A stretch of DNA of 64,000 bases from Candidatus Poribacteria bacterium (GCA_963665845.2 OY762492.1:1888001-1952000), one strand, 5' to 3'. Numbered from the stretch's first letter, positions 37,973 to 48,409 are shown. Notes: generated by a model from the sequence alone, not told the origin. Made by a program: numbers and translations.

Positions 37973-38964
37973 GCGGCAAAGACGGTCTGCGCAACCGTCT
38001 TCACAAAGTTGGCGCCGAGGCGCTTGTACCCCTCCGCGTTCGGATGCAGCTGGTCGGGCAAAAATTCGTTCAGCTCTGGACCGAAGATGTCGAGACCGCT
38101 GAAATAATGCACATTGTCGTCGCCGCATGACTTGAGCGCGTCGACCGCCGCCTCCACTTCGGCGCGCATGCCTTGAAGCGAGAAGCCGACATTGTTTCGG
38201 TTCTCTTCGCGCGGCGGGGAGTAGATCGGCGAGATGAACGCGAGCGGTATGTCGGGGTGTTTTTCGCGTATCGTCTGCGCCGTGCCGATGATTGCAGGGC
38301 GGAACGCGCGCGGGCTGAGGCTGTTGGCGCCCTGAATGTTGATGCCGCAGCAGATGGAGATGTAGTCCGCCTCCATATCCCTGATGAGGCGCGCGATCAT
38401 CGGGTCTAAGTGGCACTGCCCGCCGTAGCCGAGGCAGGTCAGGTTGAAGTCGCATGCCCGCGCGACGACGCCGGGCCAAGTGAAACAGGGCGAGGAGGCG
38501 GAGCCGCACTGCGTGATGGAGCTGCCGTAGGTGATCCAGCGCGGGCGGCGGTCGTCGAACGCTTCAACCCGCGCGCCGTCCGAGAGTTCAAGCGACTTCA
38601 GCCGAAATTGCCCGCCCTGCGGAAGCCAAAGCTCCACCCGTTTTTGATGCGCGGGCAGCCCTTCAAACCGAAAGCTCTCCTGCCCCGCCAGCGGCGCCGT
38701 CTCAATATACTCGCCGTCGATGCACAGGTCGATGGGGGCGGAGCCGCCCTGCGGGACAACATGGCCGCCGACGGAGCCGGCGTCTGTGATGAAGGAGATG
38801 CGGACGCCTGCGGGCGCGGACGCCGCCCCCTCAATGCCGCCAGGGAACAGGGCGCGCCGCTCATACGGGATGCGCCAGGGCATCGTCCATTCGTCGGCAA
38901 TATGCAGCTCCACGGCGCCTTGCCATGTGAGCCTTGAATCGGTCGGTTGTAACGAGTAAGCCAT
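37969..38964 (-). CDS. SGNH/GDSL hydrolase
   Basis: YGSSITQ, GIN, DQLHP. Confidence 0.88.
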   Translation of the reverse strand: MAYSLQPTDSRLTWQGAVELHIADEWTMPWRIPYERRALFPGGIEGAASAPAGVRISFITDAGSVGGHVVPQGGSAPIDLCIDGEYIETAPLAGQESFRFEGLPAHQKRVELWLPQGGQFRLKSLELSDGARVEAFDDRRPRWITYGSSITQCGSASSPCFTWPGVVARACDFNLTCLGYGGQCHLDPMIARLIRDMEADYISICCGINIQGANSLSPRAFRPAIIGTAQTIREKHPDIPLAFISPIYSPPREENRNNVGFSLQGMRAEVEAAVDALKSCGDDNVHYFSGLDIFGPELNEFLPDQLHPNAEGYKRLGANFVKTVAQTVFAA

Positions 38965-39049
38965 GCGCGTTCTCTCCGAGCAGTTATGATAGATGAGTTG
39001 TTTGCTAGTATCGCAGATTGCGCCGCGCTTGTCATGCAGCCGCCGCGTC

Positions 39050-39225
39050 CGTCCTTTAAAACCCCCCTAACCCCCCTTTTCAAGGGGGAATCGGATCCGC
39101 GCGCCCATAGCCTGCCCCCGTGAAAACGGAGGTCATTCCCGCGCAAGCGGGAATCTTAAGGCATCGCCGCCCCCGTCCTTTAAAACCCCCTAGCCCCCTT
39201 TTCAAGGGGGAATCGGACGCGCCGC
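39050..39225. repeat. Composite repeat (two CCCCTTTTCAAGGGG hairpins plus a REP palindrome)
   Basis: Same modules as at 23.3, 24.8, 29 and 50 kb. Confidence 0.8.
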
Positions 39226-39262
39226 GCTTGTCGGCTGTTCATGAAGGTTCGTCAGGAGCGGG

Positions 39263-40063
39263 TTAAAACAGGTTCCAGCCGCCGTCCAAGACCTCAATCC
39301 GCCCCGTTTTGTAATGCGCGCGCGGATGCGTCAAGCACAGCGCCTCAAACGCGACCGCGTCCGCCGACGCAAACTTGGCGACCGGCAACTCGCCTTTGCG
39401 CAGCGCCTCCTCCTTGCGCCCGATGGTCGCCATGCCCATGCCCGCATAGACCACCCCGACGGCGATGACGTTTGCGTTGATGTTGTCGGGGCGCAGCTCC
39501 CGCGCCAGCGCGATCATCCCGCGCTCCATGCGCCGCTTCGATTCCGCGTAATGCCGAAGATACTCCGAACTCAACTCTTCCCACTCGGTTACATACGATG
39601 AGATTCCGACGATGGAGCCGCGCGTCGGCGCTTCGTCAGACGCATGGGCGTTTTGGCGGAGGTACGGCGCCGCTTCACGCGCCAACAGCAGCGGCGCGTC
39701 CGCGTTGATCGCCCGCTGCTCGGCGACCCGCTCCGGCGTCAGGTTGTCGCGGTAACAGACGCCCGCGTTGTTGATGATTATGTCGATGCGTCCGAAGGCG
39801 TCCGCCGTGTCGCGCAGAACGCGCGCTCTGTCTTCAGGGTTGACAACATCGGCGCGCGACATGCGCAGCTGTTCTGGGGGGTGAAGGCTGCGAATCTCTT
39901 GTTCCGCCGCGCGCGCCTGGTCGGAATGTCCGCGGTGGAAGGCGTACACACGCGCGCCCGCGCCGATAAACGCCTCGGTTAAGACGCGGCCGATGCCGCG
40001 CAATCCGCCGGATATGATGACGGCGCGTCCCTTATGGGACAAGCTTGTGTCCGCTGCGCTCAA
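39263..40063 (-). CDS. Short-chain dehydrogenase/reductase
   Basis: SGGLRGIG, NNAG, YAESK. Confidence 0.88.
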   Translation of the reverse strand: MSAADTSLSHKGRAVIISGGLRGIGRVLTEAFIGAGARVYAFHRGHSDQARAAEQEIRSLHPPEQLRMSRADVVNPEDRARVLRDTADAFGRIDIIINNAGVCYRDNLTPERVAEQRAINADAPLLLAREAAPYLRQNAHASDEAPTRGSIVGISSYVTEWEELSSEYLRHYAESKRRMERGMIALARELRPDNINANVIAVGVVYAGMGMATIGRKEEALRKGELPVAKFASADAVAFEALCLTHPRAHYKTGRIEVLDGGWNLF

Positions 40064-43000
40064 TCTAATGCCTCCTTCATGATCGATTCAGAAACCTCGA
40101 AAGGCTCAACTCCGCGTCGCTTGCATTCTCTCTTGATGTCGTCAGGAATCGACGGCGCCGCAAGGATGCCCCGGACATCTTCACATGAAAACCCGAATTC
40201 AACCGCAGCAAGATGCTTATACTTTACGGCTTGCCACATCCCATGACGAAGTGAGGTAAAATACACTTCTACTTCCACGGTCACAAGATTTCCAGAACTA
40301 TCCTCCATTAAAATATCCACCTGGTTGCCTGACGCAAATTTATACTCAATGTATGCCTTTTCTAACCCAGGGCCAAGTAGAGTGGGGTTGTTTGCCAGAT
40401 ACTCCTTTAATTTCCGATGGCGATCGCTTTCTCCGCTGCCACCGCCGCCACCGCCGCTACCCGGATGTGAATGCGATTGGCCGCTGCTATGTCCTGTCCC
40501 GCCGCCACCGGGTCTGTCAACATGAGGCGGACGCGGCTGAATGGGGTCTGATATTGGCGTGGGGTCTAGATTTCGCACAGGCTCTGGTTTTTGCGTGGGA
40601 TGTGGCTTTTGCACAGGTTCTTGCTCGGGGTCCTGTTTTGGCATGGGGGCTGGCGACAACAAACACTGATCAGGCTTAAAGCCGCGCGGTTCCCATCTTT
40701 GCCGGACATCATCGTACGAACCTCCCGATGTCAGCAGGTCTTTGACGAATTCGCGGAGTTCGCCGACACCGAAGAAATCTTGCAAGGCGTCGCCGATAAG
40801 GTCGGGATACGCTCGCTCATTCGCGCCGCCTAACCAGAGCCTCTCATTTTCTTTATCTAGGAAACTTTGACGCGGATTTGGGTCGTCAACGGAAACTTCG
40901 TTCAGTCCGTTCAGTTCATATTTCGCCGTTATCTTTTCGGCGCGGAAGACCGAGAGCCGCTTTAGAAATTCAGCAGAATTTTTGCATTCTTTGCCCAACC
41001 GTTCCGAATTGAGGAAGTCATGGATGTATGGGTATAGGCGGCGCGCCTCCTCAGACCATATCTCGACTTCAGGTTGCGGTCCGACCTTGTCAAATTTGGC
41101 AGCCGACGCCTGACGGCAGCCCTTTATGCGCAGAAGTTTTGCGAGTACCAACAAATCGTCGTTAAACGCCCAAAACGGAACTTTGCCCGCAAAAAGTTCC
41201 GAGCGGTGCTTATCGTCTTCCCAGACCAATTCTTTCAAAGAGAAAAAGCCCCAAGCGTCGCCTTTCTTGCCAAGCCAGCATTTGCCATCGCGCGTTTTTT
41301 CCCATTCATCTTCAAGCGATCCGCCGCCTTCTTGTAGGTGCAGCATTATACGGCGGTAAAGAGTCTTAACGCGACTGCGAACCTCTTCGTCCTCCGCTCG
41401 TTCCTTAGACGGAATCTCTCGAATGACTCGCGCGTAGTCCGAGAATGCGGCGTTCTCCGAAACTCCCACCTCTGTGAAAAACTGCTTCAGCGCGGGATCA
41501 TAATTGTTCTTTTCAAGATAGCCGCATAGATCGCCGAAGACGGCGCTTTGATCTTCCCAAAACGCCTCATCAGATCGGCACCAGCGCGGCTCAGGGTTGG
41601 AAGTGAAGATGAGCCGATTTCTCTTGAACTCATAGCTTAGGGATTCGCCCTGCTCGGCAAGGAAGCGATAGATCGGCTCAACCTTCTCCACGCTTGATTC
41701 CGCCGCTTCTTTCTTACTCAAGGATTCAAGGTAGCCCAGGACGCTGTCTGTGTCGGCATCCAAATGCGCTCCTAGTTTTTCAGCCAGCCCGTTGTCTTTG
41801 CTAACGTCAAAATCCGGATGTAGATACGCGACGCTGTCCCCCAACAAGTCGCGATTCTCAGAATTCGGCGCAAAGAGCTCGGACGGACGATGAAAATTGC
41901 CCTGCTCGTCAGGAAGCCATGCTGTCTCTTTCAGCCGCCGATAGAATCTCGCTTCAAAAGAAGCACTTTTATCCGTACGATAGTACCAATGGTAAGTCCC
42001 GTCAAAGAATTTTTGCTTTGACCAACGATCGCGATACACATGAAGTCGTCTTACTAAAAGGCGCCATGAGGCGCGCGCAAGATTTATGTCCTTGTTCGCC
42101 TTGATATGGGACAAAATGGTTTGTAGACCGTGGATATCGCGGTCCTCAATATAGGTCTTATCTAGGTTTGTGGTTTTCTCCCATTCACAGCTCCTCTTCG
42201 CAAGCTCTTTGTAAAAAACCGTCATGTCAACGCTTGTGTACTCGATCCGATCATCTATAACGCGAGGCGCGTCATCGGCGCCCATCTTTTTCAAAAACGG
42301 GAGCCAAGATTTTCGCTTGGAAGCGTCCTCCATATACGAGCCATCTACAAACCAGACATCGCCATCGTACGCCGAAAAGTAAGTTTCCAAATCAGCGTCG
42401 CCCGTGTATGCCTCCGGCAAGTAGGCGACGCTGGGCTTTACAAAATCAAAGGCTTCCGGCCGGACGCCCCTATAAGCCCGCAAGATCGGAGTTTCGCTGG
42501 CCTTTTCCCTCAATGGTCTATGTTCATATCCGGAAAGTTCATCCCAGAACTCGCATAGATACAGGATATGCAGGCGGTTTCGCTCTATGGAAGGCTTTCC
42601 TTGTCTGTCTTGCGAATACAGGGGAAGAATACATTTGCTGATCACATCTTCGGGATTCATCTCCCGGACCCCTAGATTCTTCAGGAAGAGCTTGACCCTC
42701 CCATGCTGGTCGCCGTCCAGCAGAGACGCTTGTAAAATGGGCAGTTCGTTCAGGAACGGCTTAAGTCCTTCGCGCTCTTCTTCGGCGTCCGGCAGAAAAA
42801 ACGCAAGTTTCTTGTCAGCGCATACATGCTTCCCGTTTTTAAGCCGAATCAGCGGGAGCGTTTTAATGCGCTCAATTTTGGATTCGTTTTTTTCCAAATA
42901 GGCGTATAAGCGGCGGATCCAGTCATCTGGTCTCTTTTCAAACCATTCAGCGTCCTGCTTCTCCAGCCAACTCAACGCATCGTCGATTCCGACTGTTTTG

Positions 43001-44364
43001 ACGCCGGCCGTCTGCATCGTTTCGAAGCTTCGTTCGTTACGCCGTATGTCAGGATGAAGCCAACCGCATTCTGGAGACAGCCAGCCGGCTTCGCCTAAAA
43101 GCTCCCGCAGCGCCTGGCTGTCGGGATAAAACACATTCTCCGCTTTCATATGCCCCTCAAGCGTCGGGATAAGCGCCCTCTCTTTCATCGCCTTTTCCAG
43201 CGTCCCGACGATACGCCCAAACTCCTCAGGCACGTTGTCCCCTTTATCCCTTTCATCCCCCTTCAGAGGCAGCGCATTAAAGAATGCCGGCTCAAGCAAC
43301 CCGCCCGTCTTTAGCATTTCTAGCGTATCGGGCAGAAGATCGGCGGTTTCTTGAACCAGCCATTCGTTCCATCGGCTGTCCTTCGGTGTTGCGATATTGT
43401 CGCGGGAGGGGGTCGTCTGGTACCGCGCCTGAATCAAGAATCTTAGGCGCGTGACCATCTGGGTAGGAAGATACGCGAAGAGCGCGCTTTCGTCGCCCAT
43501 CGCGACGATTTTGCTGTCCTCCAATTTGAACGCGACCTCAATCGTCTGCTGCTCCTCCTTAGACCTTTGTACACGTTGTCGGTCATCATCATCCTCTGCT
43601 TGTTCCAAAGCCCAGTCCATTACGTCATATGGAGGGCGAGCTTTCTTGGAAAAAACGAGGAACTCCTCCGAGGACTGATCGCCGCCGTTGAGCGAAGCGG
43701 TCAACTTGACGCGCTCAACCAACACATTCTCTGGAACATCCTGGATGTTGCCATACGGACAGCGGCGACAAGAATAAACGCCTTTTTGCCCATTGCGCTT
43801 GTCCATCCATGCCACCTTTTCAAGATGGCGAAGGAAAAGCAGAGTCCGCTCTTTTGATAAACTGCAGAGCCGATTATTCAAGCCGTCAACATCGCCAGTT
43901 TTAAGACTATCTTTGAAAGGCAGCCTAAAAACGGTCTTGCCGGTCTCAATCAACCGCACTACTTCGGGCGGCGTCACTTGAGTTCCCTCAGGTTCGACGA
44001 AATCGCGGATACGAAAACGCTCGTCTCCAGAGTAGATTTCAGGGCTGTCTGTGTAGTTATAAACAGCCTTGAAGCCGATGCCGAATGTGCCGATATGCGT
44101 CAGATCCTTATCACTTGAACCAAGCGAGCAAATCCCGCGTACATCCGTTTCATCGAACGGTCGGCCATTGTTCCAAACCGTTAGCGCGTCTGAATCCAGA
44201 TGCAGCACAAGTTCGCAACTGCGGCTGTCGTCGGCATTCTGAATGAGCTCATCGACAAAATGCGTTTTGTCATTGTAAAGACTCTTATAGGTTCGCTCGA
44301 CTTGAGGCATTATCCATGCCGGATCCTTATGATCTTTACGAATCTTCTCGTAGTCGGACGCCAT
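40060..44364 (-). CDS. Sacsin/NOV-like GHKL ATPase with C-terminal PD-(D/E)XK (NucS-like) nuclease domain
   Basis: ELIQNADD, IGTFGIGFKAV, FRLP, YLPT; Pro/Gly-rich linker; GESDRHRKLKEYL...VDILM...VEVE. Confidence 0.85.
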   Translation of the reverse strand: MASDYEKIRKDHKDPAWIMPQVERTYKSLYNDKTHFVDELIQNADDSRSCELVLHLDSDALTVWNNGRPFDETDVRGICSLGSSDKDLTHIGTFGIGFKAVYNYTDSPEIYSGDERFRIRDFVEPEGTQVTPPEVVRLIETGKTVFRLPFKDSLKTGDVDGLNNRLCSLSKERTLLFLRHLEKVAWMDKRNGQKGVYSCRRCPYGNIQDVPENVLVERVKLTASLNGGDQSSEEFLVFSKKARPPYDVMDWALEQAEDDDDRQRVQRSKEEQQTIEVAFKLEDSKIVAMGDESALFAYLPTQMVTRLRFLIQARYQTTPSRDNIATPKDSRWNEWLVQETADLLPDTLEMLKTGGLLEPAFFNALPLKGDERDKGDNVPEEFGRIVGTLEKAMKERALIPTLEGHMKAENVFYPDSQALRELLGEAGWLSPECGWLHPDIRRNERSFETMQTAGVKTVGIDDALSWLEKQDAEWFEKRPDDWIRRLYAYLEKNESKIERIKTLPLIRLKNGKHVCADKKLAFFLPDAEEEREGLKPFLNELPILQASLLDGDQHGRVKLFLKNLGVREMNPEDVISKCILPLYSQDRQGKPSIERNRLHILYLCEFWDELSGYEHRPLREKASETPILRAYRGVRPEAFDFVKPSVAYLPEAYTGDADLETYFSAYDGDVWFVDGSYMEDASKRKSWLPFLKKMGADDAPRVIDDRIEYTSVDMTVFYKELAKRSCEWEKTTNLDKTYIEDRDIHGLQTILSHIKANKDINLARASWRLLVRRLHVYRDRWSKQKFFDGTYHWYYRTDKSASFEARFYRRLKETAWLPDEQGNFHRPSELFAPNSENRDLLGDSVAYLHPDFDVSKDNGLAEKLGAHLDADTDSVLGYLESLSKKEAAESSVEKVEPIYRFLAEQGESLSYEFKRNRLIFTSNPEPRWCRSDEAFWEDQSAVFGDLCGYLEKNNYDPALKQFFTEVGVSENAAFSDYARVIREIPSKERAEDEEVRSRVKTLYRRIMLHLQEGGGSLEDEWEKTRDGKCWLGKKGDAWGFFSLKELVWEDDKHRSELFAGKVPFWAFNDDLLVLAKLLRIKGCRQASAAKFDKVGPQPEVEIWSEEARRLYPYIHDFLNSERLGKECKNSAEFLKRLSVFRAEKITAKYELNGLNEVSVDDPNPRQSFLDKENERLWLGGANERAYPDLIGDALQDFFGVGELREFVKDLLTSGGSYDDVRQRWEPRGFKPDQCLLSPAPMPKQDPEQEPVQKPHPTQKPEPVRNLDPTPISDPIQPRPPHVDRPGGGGTGHSSGQSHSHPGSGGGGGGSGESDRHRKLKEYLANNPTLLGPGLEKAYIEYKFASGNQVDILMEDSSGNLVTVEVEVYFTSLRHGMWQAVKYKHLAAVEFGFSCEDVRGILAAPSIPDDIKRECKRRGVEPFEVSESIMKEALD

Positions 44365-44406
44365 GGGCACTCCTATGTGGTTCAGCTTGTCGGCTTACTC
44401 TGGCCG

Positions 44407-46254
44407 CTATTCAGGTTTGACCGCCTCTTTCACCGCCGCCGCCATCGCCTTTGCCGAGATGCCTTCATAATCCAGCAGCTCGTCGGGCTGTCCGCTTTGC
44501 GGCATTTTGCGCACCGCGAGCGAGATGACGCGATAGGAGTCCGCCCCCAGCTCTTCGCCGAGGGCGCTGCGCACCGCTTCGCCGATGCCGCCCTCCGCAA
44601 AATGATCCTCCGCGACGATGACCGCGCCGGTCTCCCGCGCCGCCTTGACGAGCGTTTCCCGATCCAGCGGCTTGACGCTGTAAAGGTCGATGACGCGCAC
44701 GGAGACGCCCTCTTCGGCGAGCGCGTCCGCCGCCTTCAGCGCCTCATGGAGCGTCACCCCCGCCCCGACAAGCGTTGCCGCGTCGTTCTCCGACGACCGC
44801 AGCGTCTTGCTTCCGCCGATGCGGAACGTCTCGCTCGGATCGTACAGAACAGGCGTCGACATCCGCGTCGTCCGCATATACACGTTGCCCTCATGCCGCG
44901 CCGCCAGCTCCACCAACTGATCGGTCTGAACCGGATCGGACGGATACAGCACGACCGAGTCAAGCAGCGTCCGAAACATCGCAATGTCTTCCAGACCCAT
45001 CTGCGACGCTCCATCCTCGCCGATGGAGACGCCCGCATGCGAGCCGACATACTTGATGTTGCAGCCGGAGTATTGGCTCATGCGTATCTGGTCAAACGCG
45101 CGGGAGAAGAAGGCGGCGAAGGTGGACACAAACGGCGTCTTTCCGCGCCGCGAGAGTCCAATCGCCGCGCCGACCATGTTCTGCTCGGCGATGTACATCT
45201 CAAAAAACCGGTCGGGATACGCTTTCTGGAAGGTCTGCGCGTAGGTCGAATTGCTCGTCTCGGCGTCCAGCGAAACGATGCTTGGGTGGTCGGGATGGAT
45301 GCGGGCGAGCGCGTTTCCGTATGCCTGCCGCGTCGCCGCCTTGTCGCCGAGCTGGTACTGGATCGTTTCTACAGGCGCAGGCGCGTTCGCCGACGCGTCC
45401 AGGTCTGCGGGGAGATGCACAGTACCGCGGGCAGAGTCGTCAATCTCCCCCAGCTCCTGAACCGCCTGATCGCACTGCTCCTGCGGCAGCGGCTTGCCAT
45501 GCCAGTCATCCTCATCTTCAACCATCGACGCGCCCTTGCCCTTGAACGTTTTGGCGATGAGCATGGACGGCGCGCCCTCCACCTGTAAAGCGGCGCGATA
45601 GGCGGCGTCGATCTCCTCATGGCAATGCCCGTCCAGCAAAAACGTCCTCCAACCGAACGCCTCGGCGCGCTGCCGATAAGTTTCCAGGTCATGTTCAAGC
45701 ATCGTCGTACCGCGCTGCCCAAACCTGTTCACATCGAGAACGGCGGTGAGATTGTCCAGATGGTAATGGGAGGCGAGAGCCATCGCTTCCCAGACGGAGC
45801 CTTCCGCCGTTTCGCTGTCGCCCATCAATACAAACGTGCGGTACGGCAGCTGGTCGATGGTCGCGTTCAGCGCGATGCCGAAACCGATGGAGAGACCCTG
45901 CCCCAGCGACCCGGTGGGCGCTTCGGTGTAGGGGAAGGCGAGCGTCGGATGCCCTTCCAGCGGGCTGCCGAACTCGCGCAGGCTCATCAGCTCCTCTTCG
46001 GTCAGTTTGCCGGCGGCATGGTAAAGGGCGTACAGCAGCGGCGCGGCATGCCCCTTTGAAAAGACGAGCCGGTCGTTGTTGGGATGAGCGGGATTGTCCA
46101 GGTCCGCTTTGAAATGCCCCCCGAACATGAGATTCACCATCAGGTCGGTCGCTGAAAGAGCCGTTGTGGGATGTCCAGAGCCGGCTTTTGTGGTGGAAAC
46201 AAGGCAGCTGCGCCGAACGAGCCGCGATAAGTTTTCAAGAGCGCGCATGTTCAT
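44407..46254 (-). CDS. tkt: Transketolase (short ~615-aa type)
   Basis: GSGHPT, SKGHA, GSLGQG, GDSE, IAEQ, GEDGASQ. Confidence 0.93.
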   Translation of the reverse strand: MNMRALENLSRLVRRSCLVSTTKAGSGHPTTALSATDLMVNLMFGGHFKADLDNPAHPNNDRLVFSKGHAAPLLYALYHAAGKLTEEELMSLREFGSPLEGHPTLAFPYTEAPTGSLGQGLSIGFGIALNATIDQLPYRTFVLMGDSETAEGSVWEAMALASHYHLDNLTAVLDVNRFGQRGTTMLEHDLETYRQRAEAFGWRTFLLDGHCHEEIDAAYRAALQVEGAPSMLIAKTFKGKGASMVEDEDDWHGKPLPQEQCDQAVQELGEIDDSARGTVHLPADLDASANAPAPVETIQYQLGDKAATRQAYGNALARIHPDHPSIVSLDAETSNSTYAQTFQKAYPDRFFEMYIAEQNMVGAAIGLSRRGKTPFVSTFAAFFSRAFDQIRMSQYSGCNIKYVGSHAGVSIGEDGASQMGLEDIAMFRTLLDSVVLYPSDPVQTDQLVELAARHEGNVYMRTTRMSTPVLYDPSETFRIGGSKTLRSSENDAATLVGAGVTLHEALKAADALAEEGVSVRVIDLYSVKPLDRETLVKAARETGAVIVAEDHFAEGGIGEAVRSALGEELGADSYRVISLAVRKMPQSGQPDELLDYEGISAKAMAAAVKEAVKPE

Positions 46255-46267
46255 TTCCAGTTCGTTT

Positions 46268-46417
46268 CTAATTCAGACCGCGGGAAACGGAGAGCCGGAC
46301 GCGCCTTTTTCGGCGGCGCCGGTTGATCGTTTGCCGTCCCTTAGATGTTCTCATACGCCGGCGGAACCCGTGCTTGTTTCGCCGCTTCCGATTGTGCGGT
46401 TGGTAGGTGCGTTTCAT
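46268..46417 (-). CDS. rpmH: 50S ribosomal protein L34
   Basis: [21 protein letters not shown]....RRR.K.R..L; RBS AGGAG. Confidence 0.96.
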   Translation of the reverse strand: MKRTYQPHNRKRRNKHGFRRRMRTSKGRQTINRRRRKRRVRLSVSRGLN

Positions 46418-46466
46418 GTCGCGTCTCCTGCTTCGTTGCATACGCAGCGTTGTTAACTCATAGGCG

Positions 46467-46495
46467 ATGGTAGTTTGAATCGGCGCATAAGTCAA
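46467..46495 (-). promoter_or_regulatory. sigma-70 promoter for rpmH
   Basis: TTGACT-N17-TACCAT. Confidence 0.6.
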
Positions 46496-46575
46496 GCCGC
46501 ATCTCGAAGCTTGCCCTTAAAGTTGGGACAACTCTGATAATGACGAGGAGCTGGGCGGAGGCGTCAAGCGAATCG

Positions 46576-48387
46576 TTAGGCGCGGAACAGGTCGCCCATG
46601 CGTTTGCCGAGTATCTTTGCCGCGACGAGCAGGCTCGCCGCCAGCAGCCCCATCGCAAAGACGCCCATCGCGCTCGCCACATACGGGCCGTCGCCCAGCC
46701 GCGTCGAGAGGCGGTAGATCACCTTCGTGATCGGATCGAAGCCGGAGCGCAGACCGGCGATGATCAAGCTGTCGGACACCTCCAGCATGGCGAATGAGAA
46801 CGCGAGTATGGCGCCCGCAATCAGGTTCGCTGTCACCAGCGGCATCGTGATTTTCCAGAGCGTCCGCATCGGGCTGGCGCCGAGGTTCTGCGACGCCTCC
46901 TCCAATGTAACGCTGGTCTGCTCAAAGCCCGCATACGCCGAACGCATCATATACGGCAGGCGGCGCACCGCGTAGGCGATGATGAGCAGCCAAGACGGGT
47001 TCACGCGCGGGTTCATGAACCCAAAAATCGCCTCCTCTCGGAACGGACCGACGCCGAAACTGCCGACATAACCGAACGCGATGACGATGCCCGGCAGCGC
47101 GAGCGGAAGCATGGCGGTCGCGTCCAGCAGGTTGCGGAACGGGATGCTGCGCCGCGTCAACAGCCACGCCAACGCGACGCCGAGAATCAGGTCGACAGCG
47201 GTGCTGGCGACCGAGTATTTGAAGCTGTTTTGAACGCTCAAAAACCCTTCCGACTGTCCGCCCTCATCCGTTGCGAAGGCGGCTTTGTAATGATCGCCGG
47301 TGAAGTTGCGCGGAAGAATGCTGCCTTTCCACTCGATCTCCTCATAAAGCGAACCTGACCAGGTGCCGGCTTCGGCGGCGGAGGTGAGACCGACGCTGAT
47401 ATGCGGAAGCGTCGCAATGAAGGTGATGCCGAGTATGGCGCTGTAGATGAGCGGAATCTGCCAGCCGCGCGCCGGGCGTTCGCGTGAGCCGGTGTGTCCG
47501 CGCGGAAGCCCCGCTCTCGATTTGGAGCCTGTCAGCTTTTTTGCCAGATAAAAGAACGCGACGGTCAGGACGATCACAATCACCACCAGGGCGTAGGCGC
47601 TCTGCGAGGTCGCCATCTCCTTGCTCGCGTCAAAGATTCGAACGGCGACGACGTCTCTGTAATCGAACATGAGCGGCGTTCCGAGATCGGTGAACGACCA
47701 GATGAAGACGAGGATGGCGCCGGCAAAATATCCAGGCATCATGAGCGGCAGCGTGATCGTGCGAAAGAGGGTGAATTTGTCCGCGCCGAGGTTGCGCCCC
47801 GCGTCTTCCAGCGTCGGATCGACGTTCGACATGGAGGCGGCTACGTTTAAGTACATGATCGGGTATAGATGAAGCGTGCCGAGAAAGACGACGCCCCAGA
47901 ATTTGCTGGTCTCGCTTCCGCCGAACCAGTCGATGGCGGTTGACCAGTCCATCAGCCCCATTTTGATGAGGATCATGTTGACGGAGCCGAACTCCGAGAA
48001 CAGCTGCTGCACGCCGACCGCGCCGACAAACGGCGGCATGATCAGCGGCACCAGCAGGACGCCCTGGGCGATGCTTTTGCCGGGGAACGACCAGCGCGTC
48101 ATGAGGCGCGCGAGCGGAAGGCTGATGAGCGTCGTCGCCGCGGTGGTCGCGAGGGCGAGCAGAACGCTGTTGACAATCTCCCGCGTTTCCTGCTGGTCAA
48201 GCAGAAAGAAGCCGACGTTCAGGCTTCCGCCCAAGAAAAACGCCTCGCGCAGAATATACCCGATCGGATAAACCAGAAAAAGCAGGAAGAAAAGAACGAC
48301 GCTGACCAGAAGCGCCAGCGTCGGCGTTGTCAAGCCGCGCTGGCGCAGCCATCGTTCCCATCGGCGTTGTTGAAGCGGCTCTTTCAC
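46576..48387 (-). CDS. ABC transporter permease, FbpB/Fe3+-type (two TM domains)
   Basis: Two EAA-type loops (EDAGRNLGA, EEASQNLGA); DLGTPL. Confidence 0.9.
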   Translation of the reverse strand: MKEPLQQRRWERWLRQRGLTTPTLALLVSVVLFFLLFLVYPIGYILREAFFLGGSLNVGFFLLDQQETREIVNSVLLALATTAATTLISLPLARLMTRWSFPGKSIAQGVLLVPLIMPPFVGAVGVQQLFSEFGSVNMILIKMGLMDWSTAIDWFGGSETSKFWGVVFLGTLHLYPIMYLNVAASMSNVDPTLEDAGRNLGADKFTLFRTITLPLMMPGYFAGAILVFIWSFTDLGTPLMFDYRDVVAVRIFDASKEMATSQSAYALVVIVIVLTVAFFYLAKKLTGSKSRAGLPRGHTGSRERPARGWQIPLIYSAILGITFIATLPHISVGLTSAAEAGTWSGSLYEEIEWKGSILPRNFTGDHYKAAFATDEGGQSEGFLSVQNSFKYSVASTAVDLILGVALAWLLTRRSIPFRNLLDATAMLPLALPGIVIAFGYVGSFGVGPFREEAIFGFMNPRVNPSWLLIIAYAVRRLPYMMRSAYAGFEQTSVTLEEASQNLGASPMRTLWKITMPLVTANLIAGAILAFSFAMLEVSDSLIIAGLRSGFDPITKVIYRLSTRLGDGPYVASAMGVFAMGLLAASLLVAAKILGKRMGDLFRA

Positions 48388-48409
48388 CGCGGCTCCCGAT
48401 TCGCGTTCA

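Noticed and set aside
37973-38509. N-terminal extension of MurQ (478-aa ORF)
   Set aside because: It overlaps the SGNH hydrolase gene in another frame; MurQ homology begins at LKQTERRN (37972).
44200-45588. Long antisense ORFs (462 aa here; also 30766..31947, 48632..49762 and others)
   Set aside because: Shadow frames opposite well-supported genes in high-GC DNA, with no motifs.
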